A DNA stretch of 64,000 nt from Octopus sinensis (GCF_006345805.1 NC_043011.1:10602001-10666000); one strand, 5' to 3'. Counted from the first letter of the stretch, positions 1 through 10,224 are shown. Made by a program: numbers and translations. The notes: generated from the letters alone by a model not told the origin.

Positions 1-243
1 CATTTCGCCCGGCGTGCTAAAGTTTCTGCCATCTCGCCGCCTTAATAATAATAATAATAATAGTTTCAAATTTTTCCAAAAGGACAGGCATTTGTGGAAG
101 GGGAAGAGACGATTACAATCGACTCCAGTCTTTCACTGGAACTTAATATATCGACTTCAAAAGGATGAAAGGCAAAGTCGACCTCGGCGGAATTTGAACG
201 CACAACAGTGATGAGTGAAATACCGCAGAGCATTTCGTCTCAG
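1..243 (-). mobile_element. Two tandem remnants of a tRNA-derived SINE (central domain ...GCCTTTCATCC...GTCGAT...)
   Basis: Same family recurs at 2465, 30253, 32582, 42670 and 53700. Minus strand shows B-box-like GTTCAAATTCC and a TTA tail. Confidence 0.8.
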
Positions 244-260
244 ACGACAGCAGAACAGAA

Positions 261-306
<46 letters not shown>

Positions 307-309
307 CAA

Positions 310-1385
310 CATGGAAACTGAATTACAAAAGATGCTGAAGGAGAAATGGAGAGAAAGATCCCTTCATGGCCAGTATCCTGCAAGGCTCGACAGAGAGGAA
401 GTGAGCTTTAGTAAGAGCCAACAATGGCTGAAAAGCTTTGGACTAAAAGCGGAAACGGAAGGACGGATTCTCGCTACAAGCAATTATAAAAACAAAATAA
501 TGAAAACAGGCCTCAACACCAAATGCAGAATGTGCAACCTGCACAATGAGACAGTTGACCACTTCCGTCCTCTTGGGCTGCCCAGTCCTTGCCAAGTCTG
601 AATATGTATACAGACAAAACAAAGTAAGCAGTTATATCCACCGGACAATATGCCAACATTACATCAAAACGAACAGCGGATGGTATAAGCATGAGCCAAG
701 CAAGGTACAAGGCAACGGTCAGGCCACAATCATCCGGGATATGCCGGTTCAAACCGACAAAGAAATAAAAAGCTAAACGCCCAGACATAATAGGGATTGG
801 GGGAAAAAAATACCTGCTTACTGATAAACACTGCAGTCTCTTCTGATCAAAATATTGTCAAAAAAGAAGTGGAGAAATTTTTGAAGTACAAGGAATTCGA
901 AATTGAAGTATTCAAAATGAAGGTTTAAGCAATATCAATAATAATCGGAGCATTGGGCATGTTAAAAAATCATATGAACAAAAATGTAGAAGCTATACCT
1001 GGATCCTCAATACTACACACTGTCCACAAAATAGCCCTGCTAGGAAAAGCCCACATTCTACGCAAGACACTATCAATTCAATAATACAACCTAAACAAAA
1101 CAACCCACAAATACAAGACACATTCTGTCCAGTGAAACAAACTCCCACCAACAACCCAGAAAACCGAAGCATTACACACTCAACACAATACAAGTGAAGA
1201 CAGCACAACAAAAGACAGTACCACACTTGAGAGAAAAATCGCTAACACAATACAGTACTGGGAAGAATTTGCACACCCACTGTAGCAGAAACGAAAACAC
1301 AATGCTGCACACACCTCAGCAACTCGGATGTGTAGCAGGAGATGCAGTAGAAGTTTGCCACAGTCTACTAAATACTGAACAGTTA
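310..1385 (+). mobile_element. 5'-truncated R4/Dong-like RLE non-LTR retrotransposon (family B), decayed
   Basis: LHGQY, WLK..GLKAETEG, CRMC..ETVDH...CP zinc knuckle, RPDI endonuclease and C-terminal IALLGKAHILRK, followed by a 3'UTR and (AAT)n. Confidence 0.85.
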
Positions 1386-1388
1386 TAT

Positions 1389-1397
1389 ATAATAATA

Positions 1398-1450
<53 letters not shown>
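1389..1450. repeat. (AAT)n microsatellite between two R4-like elements
   Basis: Direct reading, about 20 units. Confidence 0.95.
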
Positions 1451-1451
<1 letters not shown>

Positions 1452-2147
1452 GGAAGTGGCTAACAAGATATGGGACACTAAGAACAAACTACATAAAATA
1501 TAGAATAGACAACACATAAGAAAGTGATAAGTGCAGAATCTATGGGCAAAATGATGAGATCGTATGGCATATTACCAGCCAATGAACGCCACAAGCCCAG
1601 AAGCAATATAAGAGACACCACGACAATAAAGCAAGGCTTGTTCATTGGACACTTTGCAACAAGTATGGACTTGACAGAGTAAAAAAATGGTAAGACCACA
1701 AACCCGAAGGCATCATCGAAAATGATAACGCAAAAATCCTGTGGGGTTTTATGATTCAGTGCGACCATGAGATAGAGAATAGGAAGCCAGACTTAGTCTT
1801 AATTGAGAAAGAAACCAAACTATGCTGGATCGTAGATATAGTATGCCCAGCTGACAACAAGGTATACGATAAGAAAGAAAGAAAAGTCGATAGGTATGAC
1901 AGGTTAGCTTGGGAGGTGAAGCAGTTGTGGTCACTGAAAAAGGTGGAAGTGGTACCAATAATTCTCGGAGTCCTTGGAACAGTGAGTAGAAATCTCGGGA
2001 AGTACAAATAGGGACTGCAATAAGGAAGGAGCACTTGCAGAAAACAGAAATGCTTGCAACCGCTCGAATACTCCGGAAGGTACTCGAAAAATAATAGTGA
2101 ACAGCTGACACTGTAGTACATCTCCAGCGTTAGAAGCTGTGCAAAGG
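1451..2147 (+). mobile_element. 5'-truncated R4/Dong-like RLE retrotransposon (family A)
   Basis: ORF 1751-2011 HEIENRKPDLVLIEK..CWIVDIVCPAD..KYDRLAWEV..VVPIILGVLG. 3'UTR GTACATCTCCAGCGTTAGAAGCTGTG is shared with the copies at 24012 and 44528. Confidence 0.9.
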
Positions 2148-2410
2148 CGACGACGACGACGACGATGATGATGATGATGAGAAGAAGAAGAAGAAGAGGA
2201 AGAGGAGGAAGAAGAAGAAGAGGAAGAAGGAGGAGGAGGTCCAAGCACAAAAATCACAAGCTCGCAGGCAAAAACAATACTTACCAAATTTAACAATTCA
2301 AATCATAGGTTCACCCTCGCGGGGGACCCTTCAGCAAGTATACAACTCACGTCGAACGGAATCAAAAGATTTAACAACAAAAAAAACTTCGCCGAGCGAC
2401 CACTACTGAT

Positions 2411-2448
2411 TGGGTTGGTCCACTATTTATTCGTAGTGGACCAGCCCA
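2411..2448. other. 15-bp hairpin TGGGTTGGTCCACTA-TTTATTCG-TAGTGGACCAGCCCA
   Basis: Direct inverted repeat with one G.T pair. Confidence 0.85.
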
Positions 2449-2464
2449 CTTCTCGCCTGAGCTC

Positions 2465-2645
2465 ATCGGCATTTCGTCCGTCTTTACGTTCTGAGTTCAA
2501 ATTCTTCCCAGGTCGACTTTCATCTTTTCGGTGTTAATAAAATAAGTATCAGGTGAACATTGGAGTTGATCTAATCGACTTTTTCCCCTTCCCCGAAATT
2601 GCTGGCCTTGTGCCAAAAATTTGAAACCATTATTATTATTATTTT
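2465..2645 (+). mobile_element. tRNA-derived SINE, 5'-truncated
   Basis: GAGTTCAAATTC B-box, central domain, TTA tail. Confidence 0.8.
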
Positions 2646-2685
2646 CTTTGTTGTTACTTGTCATATACTCGCTGTTCGAAGTCTC

Positions 2686-2748
<63 letters not shown>

Positions 2749-3552
2749 CTCACACACACAGCCAAAGACTTCGAGCATCAGCAGGTCAGACGTTTTTACT
2801 CTACCTGTTATTTATGAGTAGCAAAAATATATCATTGCATGAAAAGGAGAGGAAATACCGAGTATTCTATTATTATCAAGATTGGAGGATTATCCGAAGC
2901 GGTAGATCACCGGATTGTTTTGTATTTCATCCTTTTAGGTAAATGAGGCTACCTGTAATGCTTGAAGAGTAATTTTCATTGAATCCATCCCCTTTCTCCT
3001 CTTGTATGTCTTCTTATACTAATCTATTATTACGGATCATTGTGTCCGTTTAGGGTTCCACTCCTTATTCTTTTATAGAAATAAGGATTTCTAATATTCT
3101 TTATATTCTTTTGTTAAAATAACAAACATAGAATATTATTATCAGTTACAGAAATAGTTATCTATCTCCTCTATTTATTTTACCTCTGCAATATTCCCAG
3201 CAAACTGACCGAAATCCCCAGATAAGATATTATGAAACCGAGATGTTCTTTCTATAAATAGCTGGAAGAGGCGTGGGGTGGGGAGTATAGTTTAAGCAAT
3301 TTGCCAGATGACAGAGCTTGCAGAGCTGAAGGTTCCATTCTTTGCAATAGATGTGCTTCTGTTATCAGAGAGATAAGAGAATCACAAGAAATGTGGACCA
3401 TGTTATCGATCAGAGAAGAAATCTCTTGCCAAAAGATAACCGAAACTATTCTAGCTTGCAGGTTTCCCAGATACGCAGTTTGGAGATATTAAGCTGCGTG
3501 CACATAGACATCTTCCATATCCTACTATATACACTCGCATGTATGGGTGACT

Positions 3553-3820
3553 ATGTATGTATGTATCTATGTATCTATGTATGTATGTATGTGTGTGTGT
3601 ATATATGTATGTGTATGTATGTATGTATGTATGTATATATGTATGTGTGTGTGTATGTATGTATGTATGTATGTTGTATGTATGTATGTATGTATGTATG
3701 CATGCATGTATGTATGTATGTATGTATGTATGTGTATGCATGCATGCATGTATGTATGTATGTATGTATGTATGTATGTATGTATGTATGTATGTATGTA
3801 TGTGTGTGTATGTATGCATG
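3553..3820. repeat. (TATG)n/(TG)n compound microsatellite
   Basis: Direct reading. Confidence 0.95.
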
Positions 3821-4052
3821 TATAGGTATATAGATGTAAAGATGGATAGATTTTTTTCTGTCTCGCTTTTTCTCTGTTTCATATGTATTAATTAATGGAC
3901 ATACTAAGTATGTATACCTGCTGGAAATAACAGTCAAAACTCTTATTTAAACTGCCGAAAAAATAACACTGATATAAACTACAGCAGTCAACCGTTCGCA
4001 GGTAAACGGGTTAAGAAAATCATTCAACATACCTCTATAGCATCCAGCAGAG

Positions 4053-4378
4053 GGCGCGTGGCTTAGTGGTTAGAGCATTCGGCTCATGATCGTAAGGTTG
4101 TGAGTTCGATTCCCGGCGACGCGTTGTGTCATTGAGCAAGACACTTTATTTCACGTTGCTCCAGTCCACTCAGCTGGCAAAAATGAGTTGTACTTGTATT
4201 TCAAAGGGTCAGCCTTGTCACTCTCTGTGTCACGCTGATTATCCCCGAGAACTACGTTAAGGGTACACGTGTCTGTGGAATGCTCAGCCATTTGCACGTT
4301 AATTTCACGAGCAAGCTGTTCCGTTGATCGTATCAGCTGGGACCCTCGTCGTCGTAACCGGCGGAGTCTTTTTTTTTA
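4053..4378 (+). mobile_element. Full-length tRNA-derived CORE-type SINE
   Basis: A-box TGGCTTAGTGG, B-box GAGTTCGATTCC, CORE-like TGTGTCATTGAGCAAGACACTT, T-rich tail. Confidence 0.85.
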
Positions 4379-4414
4379 ATAGCATCCAGCTATATATCTT
4401 CTAGTATTTGAACT

Positions 4415-4467
4415 CACGTGGACCGGTTTCTGAACTGGCATTATAGCCTTACTTTCCTCAGCACATA
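4415..4467 (-). ncRNA. Candidate type I hammerhead (family D)
   Basis: TATGTG-CTGAGGA-(AAGTAA GGC tataat GCC AGTTCA)-GAAA-CCGG-TC|CACGTG. The base of stem II is atypical. Confidence 0.55.
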
Positions 4468-4538
4468 TTACCACGCTGGAAAAATCCCCAAACCCGTCAC
4501 GTTGAAGTCTGCGATGCACGGATTTGTCATCGTCGTAA

Positions 4539-4591
4539 CACGTGCCGAGGAAGGTAAGGCTATAATGCCAGTCCAGAAACCGGTCCACGTG
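4539..4591 (+). ncRNA. Candidate type I hammerhead (family D, U4C)
   Basis: CACGTG-CCGAGGA-A-GG taa GGC tataat GCC agt CC-A-GAAA-CCGG-TC|CACGTG. Confidence 0.55.
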
Positions 4592-4908
4592 AGTCCAAAT
4601 ACTAGAAAATATATAGCTGGATGCTATAGAGGTATGTTGAATGATTTTCTTGAACCGTTTACCCGCGTACGGTTGACTTCTGTAGTTAATATCGGTGTTA
4701 TATTTTTTCGGCAGTTTAAATAAGAGTTTTGACTGTTATTTCCGGCAGGGAGACATATTTAGTATGTCCTTTGATTAATATGAATTTTAATCCTTCAGAT
4801 ATTTAATACTATTTTGGGTTCTGCAATCGCCTATATTATTAATTCTCTTATTATCAATTTACTCAAATCTTCGCAAATATTCACTCCTGAATTATTTGCT
4901 CCCCATTG

Positions 4909-4945
<37 letters not shown>

Positions 4946-4947
<2 letters not shown>

Positions 4948-5022
4948 GTCTTCTACTATAGCCTCGGACCGACCAAAGCCCTATGAGTGGATTTGGTAGA
5001 CGGAAACTGAAAAAAGCCGTCG

Positions 5023-5086
<64 letters not shown>

Positions 5087-5215
5087 TGAGTTTTTCCCCC
5101 ACCATCCTCTGACAACCGATGGCTTAGAAAGAAAAAGTTCTGAGGTCGATTTGTTCGACTAAAGGCGGTGCTCCAGCATGGCCGCAGTCAAATGACTGAA
5201 AACAAATAAAAGAAT
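4946..5215 (+). mobile_element. SINE 3' portion with internal (TA)n(TG)n
   Basis: TGTCTTCTACTATAGCCTCGG..GGTAGACGGAAACTG and tail GGCGGTGCTCCAGCATGGCCGCAGTC..AAAAGAAT, a recognisable cephalopod SINE body. Confidence 0.7.
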
Positions 5216-5256
5216 ATATATATTATCCGAAATGTACAGTATTATATATCCATCAC

Positions 5257-5348
5257 AGCTGATCCCACCAATCGGTTTCGCGCAAGGAATACAATGGAGT
5301 GTTAGGTAACAATCCGATTATATGATCTTACAATCATCAGAGTCAGCC
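5257..5348 (-). ncRNA. Decayed type I hammerhead (family E)
   Basis: GGCTGACT-CTGATGA-TTGTAAG...CTTGCGC-GAAA-CCGATTGG-TG|GGATCAGC. Position 17 is G and loop II carries an insertion. Confidence 0.6.
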
Positions 5349-5550
5349 GATATGGAAGGGAATATGGTTACTGTTCTCTATTTGTGGAGGTGATTTCGCA
5401 CTTCCGGTTTATGGTTGCTGTGAAAAGGGTGGTGAAACGAAAAAGGGCAGGGGATTTTTCGTTTCACCAGCCTTTTCACAGTAACTGCAAACCGGATGCA
5501 TCAATTCACCTCCGACAATGGAGAACAGTCGCCATATTCCCTTCCTTATC

Positions 5551-5619
5551 GGCTAACTCTGATGAACGTAAGGTCATATAGTTGTATTTCTTGCGTGAAA
5601 CCGATTGGTAAGATCAGCC
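5551..5619 (+). ncRNA. Type I hammerhead (family E), near intact
   Basis: GGCTAACT-CTGATGA-ACGTAAG-17nt-CTTGCGT-GAAA-CC gatt GG-TA|AGATCAGCC. 7-bp stem II, GUA cleavage after 5610. Confidence 0.8.
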
Positions 5620-5720
5620 ATGGTGGGTATGTAATAGTGTACATTTCAGATAATACACCCACTCTATTGACAGACATGCGAGTCCATCTTTGCCCTGACT
5701 TATGGACTCTTAGACGACTC

Positions 5721-5751
<31 letters not shown>

Positions 5752-5783
5752 CTAGCTGAAGGTGACCCGCTCTACGCGCGGGT
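5752..5783 (-). mobile_element. Helitron 3' terminus
   Basis: Minus strand ACCCGC-gcgtaga-GCGGGT hairpin, then CTAG followed by T about 9 nt downstream. Confidence 0.7.
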
Positions 5784-5819
5784 AAGAGTGTGGTTGTTAC
5801 TTTCTGTTGCTTCCTTTCA

Positions 5820-6113
5820 GCACGTAAAAAGCACCATCCGAACGTGGCCGATTGCAGCGCCGCCTTGATTGGCTTCTGTGCCGATGGCACGTAAAAAGCA
5901 CCAACCGATCGTGGCCGCTGCCAGCTCCCCTGGCACCCGTGCCGGCGGCACAAAAAAAGCACCCACTACGCTCACAGAGTGGTTGGCGTTAGGAAGGTTA
6001 TCCACCTGTAGAAACACTGCCAGATCAGACTGGAGCCTGGTGCAGCCTCCTGGCTTCCCAGACCCCGTCAAACTGTCCAACCGTGCTAGCACGGAAAACG
6101 GACGTTAACCGAC

Positions 6114-6145
<32 letters not shown>
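5820..6145 (+). mobile_element. SINE 3' portion with (GAT)n tail
   Basis: Repeated CACGTAAAAAGCACC units and RTE-like tail GCTAGCACGGAAAACGGACGTTAA-(GAT)n. Confidence 0.7.
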
Positions 6146-6147
<2 letters not shown>

Positions 6148-6458
6148 CTCCCTCTTTGTTTCTCTCTCACTTTCCCCACTCTCTTACTCTTCCTTTCTCT
6201 CGGACTCTCCCTCGCTTTCTCTTACTCTCTATCTTTATCTATCTCTCTCCCATTTATAAACAACAAAAGATGTTGAGTAAGTTGAGAAATAAAATATTTA
6301 GAAAGATCAATCATAAATATCAGGCAGTAACAACGGAAAGGTCTGCTTCAAGGCAGACAGCAAAACACTAATATTTAAAAGGGACAGACGAACTTGCGAG
6401 CTGAATAAAAATAATAAAATATTGGAAACTAAAGTTTGAAGGGATAGAATCTGAGGAT

Positions 6459-6708
6459 AGTAGAGTCACCATGGCTGGCATTTCTTAACGACGGATAGCA
6501 ACGTTTTGACAGTTTAACGGCTGGCGTAAAATTTTGAACTTGATGTAAAAGAAAATTCGTAAACACCAAGTTTTGAAGTGATTCTTTCTCACGACAGTAG
6601 ACTCACCATGGCAAGCATTCAAAACTTCATCATGGACGGCAACACATTGACAATTAAAAGGCTGGCGCAAATTTTTTAGCTTGATATAACAGAGAATTCC
6701 TAAACACC
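6459..6708. repeat. Diverged ~137-bp tandem duplication
   Basis: AGTAGAGTCACCATGG..TAAACACC at 6459 versus AGTAGACTCACCATGG..TAAACACC at 6596. Confidence 0.75.
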
Positions 6709-6944
6709 CGCTCCTTTAAGTTTTAATCCCCTTCCAGCCCCATTTAGACCACTTTTCACATTTTGGTTAATATAACCCGATTTCATTCGGGTCTACTGGG
6801 GCCACATTTTATAAGATGAGGAATTTTGTCCTAGAGGTCACGCTTTTCATTCGAGGAAAAAAAAATAGTTGTCATGCAAACTTGCCAGCACTTTTAACAT
6901 AGGTCTGCATATTTTCAGCTCAACCGACCACAAAATGCACACAT

Positions 6945-7012
<68 letters not shown>

Positions 7013-7730
7013 GGAGTCTCTGTCATACGTGAACGTTGACGCTGAATTCGACTGGTAAGCAGGTAACCTTGTCTTTGTTGAAATAGTTGTGAGCTGCTGG
7101 AGTTATTTCTCTGACGGGTAATAGGAATTTCCATATCCTCCGATGAAACGAATTGTTGACCCAGACAATTAGAATTAATTTTAATAAAAGCATCAATTTA
7201 AGAAAAAATAATAAAGTAGTAAAAAATGAAAATTTAGCACGAAAAATTTGCAGGGTTCTAAATAAATGTTAAAATGTAATAGATACGAAAAACCTACGTT
7301 ATCACCAGAACACGAACGCTCGTTGGCGTGTTCTGTTTGTATTTGCTCGATCGGCGCATTGACAGGCAGACAATAGAGTGCGATGGCGAGATTAATAATA
7401 TTTGTTGTCATGATTGTGTGTTGGTGCTGGCGATGGTAATTCTCTCTATGAATGCAGACAGATACATAAAAGAAGGCCGTTTGAGGAAGTGAAAGTAATG
7501 GGAATGTATGAAATAGAGTGAGTGAAAAAGTACTGGTAAGAGAGGAAATAGCGAGAGTGAGTTGAGGAAGACAGATACATTAAAGAACGCGAGTGGACTT
7601 GTCAAAGTGGGTTTTTGGCCCTAGCAACGTCACCTTTTTACATGTCCCTGTAAATTTTGGAGTCAATCGGACGGGATGTAGTGGCCTTGAAAGCGATCCA
7701 AGCGGTAAAAACGCATTTCAGTTTTATATA

Positions 7731-7764
<34 letters not shown>

Positions 7765-7765
<1 letters not shown>

Positions 7766-7902
7766 GACGCTCAGGAAAGGAAAGAAAGAAGGAGGATTTA
7801 AAGTTTCGAGCGGAGCTCTTCGTCAGAAACATAGGAAAAGGAAAGGTCCAAGGAAGGGAAGACGGAGAAAGAAAATCGGCAACGATACTCACGTGGTCAC
7901 AT
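7765..7902 (-). mobile_element. Short HHR-bearing repeat (family B, PLE pLTR-like); HHR at 7796-7830
   Basis: Minus strand GTTT-CTGACGA-A-GAGC tcc GCTC-GAAA-C-TTT|AAAT. Homologous to 12283 and 14650, adjacent to (TA)n. Confidence 0.75.
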
Positions 7903-7997
7903 ATTGAAAAAAATGAAAAATTATATACCGGAGTAAGCATATAAATGTGAAATAGAGTATTAAAAAATAGTATTTGAATACTGGAGGTAGAGTAATA

Positions 7998-8290
7998 TGC
8001 TTTACAAAGACATCACAAAAGCTGTTACCGAGAGTTTCGCGTTCCCGTTCGTCGGACAGTTTGGGTTGAGAGTGGAACAAAATATGTTTATATTCATAAA
8101 ATGTACAGTTACGTTTATAAATACACATTTAAAGATGGTCTTGTTCCATTGGTCGTTTAGTTGAAAGGACCAATTTATATTTATGAATAGAGCCATATTT
8201 TGTTCCATCCTCCACCAAAACTGTCCGACGAATGGAAACGTGAAATTCTCGGTAACAGCTTTTGTGGTGTCTTTGTTGCTTTATTTATAA
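7998..8290. mobile_element. Fold-back with ~105-bp arms and an HHR in each arm (8017-8062 minus; 8217-8263 plus; family H)
   Basis: AAAACTGT-CCGACGA-ATG gaaa CGT-GAAA-TTCTCGG-TA|ACAGCTTTT. Stem I is 8 bp with a 1-nt bulge and stem II has a GNRA loop. Confidence 0.8.
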
Positions 8291-8292
8291 AG

Positions 8293-8382
<90 letters not shown>

Positions 8383-8431
8383 TTATGTATGTATGTATGT
8401 ATGTATGTATGTATGTATGTATGTATGTATG

Positions 8432-8990
8432 TTAGTGTCAGGTCACTTTCGAGTGCTACTGGTAACATGTAACCCAGTACAACCTGTTGCATGGTCGGGT
8501 CGTCGGCGACTAAACCGGCAACCCCACCAAGCTTGCTTGGTGAGGAAGGTGTTTATTGGACACCCTGCAGGATGAAAAACAAAACCCGTCAAAGGTTGGA
8601 GGAACTCTTGGGAGTCAACGGCCATCCAATAAATGTCTTAAAGCTGTATCATGCGCGGGGACATAGAAATAATCGGACTGAATACCCGATCGCGCGGTTA
8701 AACCATTGGGAGTGAAGGACTCCCAGCCTTTGGTAGGGCATCCTTCTAGGAGAAGGTAACTCGGGAAACTGGAATAACTCCGACATAAAACCTGCAGCTC
8801 AGTGGTTACCGATGATGTTGTCTTGTTCTTCTTTTTGGATTATGGCTGCTGTTGCTTAGTGAGGGGGATTGACTCAGTGCACAGCCTTTCCTCACTTTAA
8901 AAAAATCTTCTTGCACTGGCATTGCACGATAACAACATTGATTAAGCTTCGTGCAATGGCCATACTCGATAACGAGGGGGCAGCCACCAT
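8432..8990 (+). mobile_element. Non-autonomous RTE-derived element within (TATG)n
   Basis: RTE 5'UTR-like motif GGGCATCCTTCTAGGAGAAGGTAACTC..AAACCT, many hairpins, (TATG)n on both flanks, no ORF. Confidence 0.55.
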
Positions 8991-9045
8991 GTATTTATGT
9001 ATGTATGTATGTATTTACTATTTTATTAAAGCTGGCTTAAAATTT

Positions 9046-9096
9046 TCACAAACTATTACTCAGAGTTTCATTTGACCGTTCATCAGATAGTTGTGA
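9046..9096 (-). ncRNA. Type I hammerhead with reduced stem II (family F)
   Basis: TCACAACTAT-CTGATGA-A cggtcaaa T-GAAA-CTC t GAG-TA|ATAGTTTGTGA. Stem I is 10 bp with a bulge. Confidence 0.7.
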
Positions 9097-10224
9097 TGAT
9101 AAAACTTTATGAGTAATACATAATATGATATAGTCTTTAGTGGTTACAGTTCAACGAATAAGCATTTCAATTTGATTGGGGTAAATAAATTCATTCAGGG
9201 AACACCGGTATATAATAGGCTGCCAGTGGGGTTTGACTGTAGCGGGTAACTTGCTTTGCTCGTTATTGAGTTAAAAATTGTCCTCCCTTCATGGTTGCCC
9301 AGTTTTATTTCTGACATCTTTGATAAAGAGGATTCGGAGTTATTCTCTGAACATTATTATTAAATTATGCAATACTCAAAACATTCTAAACAACGATTTT
9401 CTCCGACTTTTACTGCCGCCCTTCCATTATCGATTCAATCAACCGTTAATAAGGTACCACCATCGTTACCATGTTAGTTGGTTTGGCTCTTGATAGCTGT
9501 TCCGGTGGCTAAGTCTACCAAGTTTAACAAGTCTAATTATTTTTATAAGGATCACAAAACAAAACGTTGAAAGAAAAGTTATATTTCTGGAACTGTTGTT
9601 TCCTTAGCAATTATTTGCACATTAAATCCTCAAACATTTCTAAATCGATATTAAATTATTCAGCGCAGTTCAATAATTACTGGGAGAGTAACGGCGATGA
9701 GGGAAAATGAAATCAGAGGAAAAACAAAAGAAGTCATCGTAATTCGACCATCTTTAGCACCTCGATTATCTGACATTATCTCTACCCTCATCATAATCCT
9801 CGATGCCATCTCTATCACCCCGCCACCCCACCCAATGATGCCACTTCCGTCCCAGACACCGCCACTCCCAACTCTATGCTTTGACAATAATTAATCTTGT
9901 TTTTGTTGTGTCACAAATAATCTCATCTCATATTCTGATTTTCCTCCTTTCAACTCTAACCTATCTCTCCCGCTTTCTCTTTCATCTCTCTCTCTCTCTT
10001 TCTCTCGTTTCTCACTTCCCCTTTCTCCCATTCACTCCCTCCTCCTCTCTCTTACAAGCTAATTATCTGTCTTCCTTTTTATCACCCCTCTTACTCTCTC
10101 TCACACTTTCTTTCTATTTTTCTCTTTTAATCACCTTTTCACCTCTTCTTCCTTCATTCTATCATTCACTCATTCCACTCATATTTTACTCATTTTCTTT
10201 ATAACTCAATCTTTGATTTATTTC

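Larger units (their letters stand above)
4379..4627. mobile_element. Fold-back element with ~85-bp inverted arms, one HHR-like motif per arm
   Basis: ATAGCATCCAGCT...AGCTGGATGCTAT. The same peptide appears on both strands in the ORF track (4376- and 4418+). Confidence 0.85.
5221..5655. mobile_element. 435-bp fold-back (arms ~200 bp, roughly 80% identical by eye, ~9-nt loop) with an HHR on each strand
   Basis: TATTATCCGAAATGTACA...TGTACATTTCAGATAATA. The arms align over their full length apart from a ~24-nt insertion at about 5295-5318. Confidence 0.9.

Noticed and set aside
4053-4125. tRNA genes (also 34990 and 57240)
   Set aside because: A/B boxes are present but there is no acceptor stem, and each runs into a repeat body; they are SINE-type heads.
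4376-4723. Near-identical peptides on both strands
   Set aside because: Artefact of the inverted repeat.
8441-8522. HDV-like ribozyme
   Set aside because: P1/P3/L3 could not be built consistently; a simple hairpin explains the pairing better.
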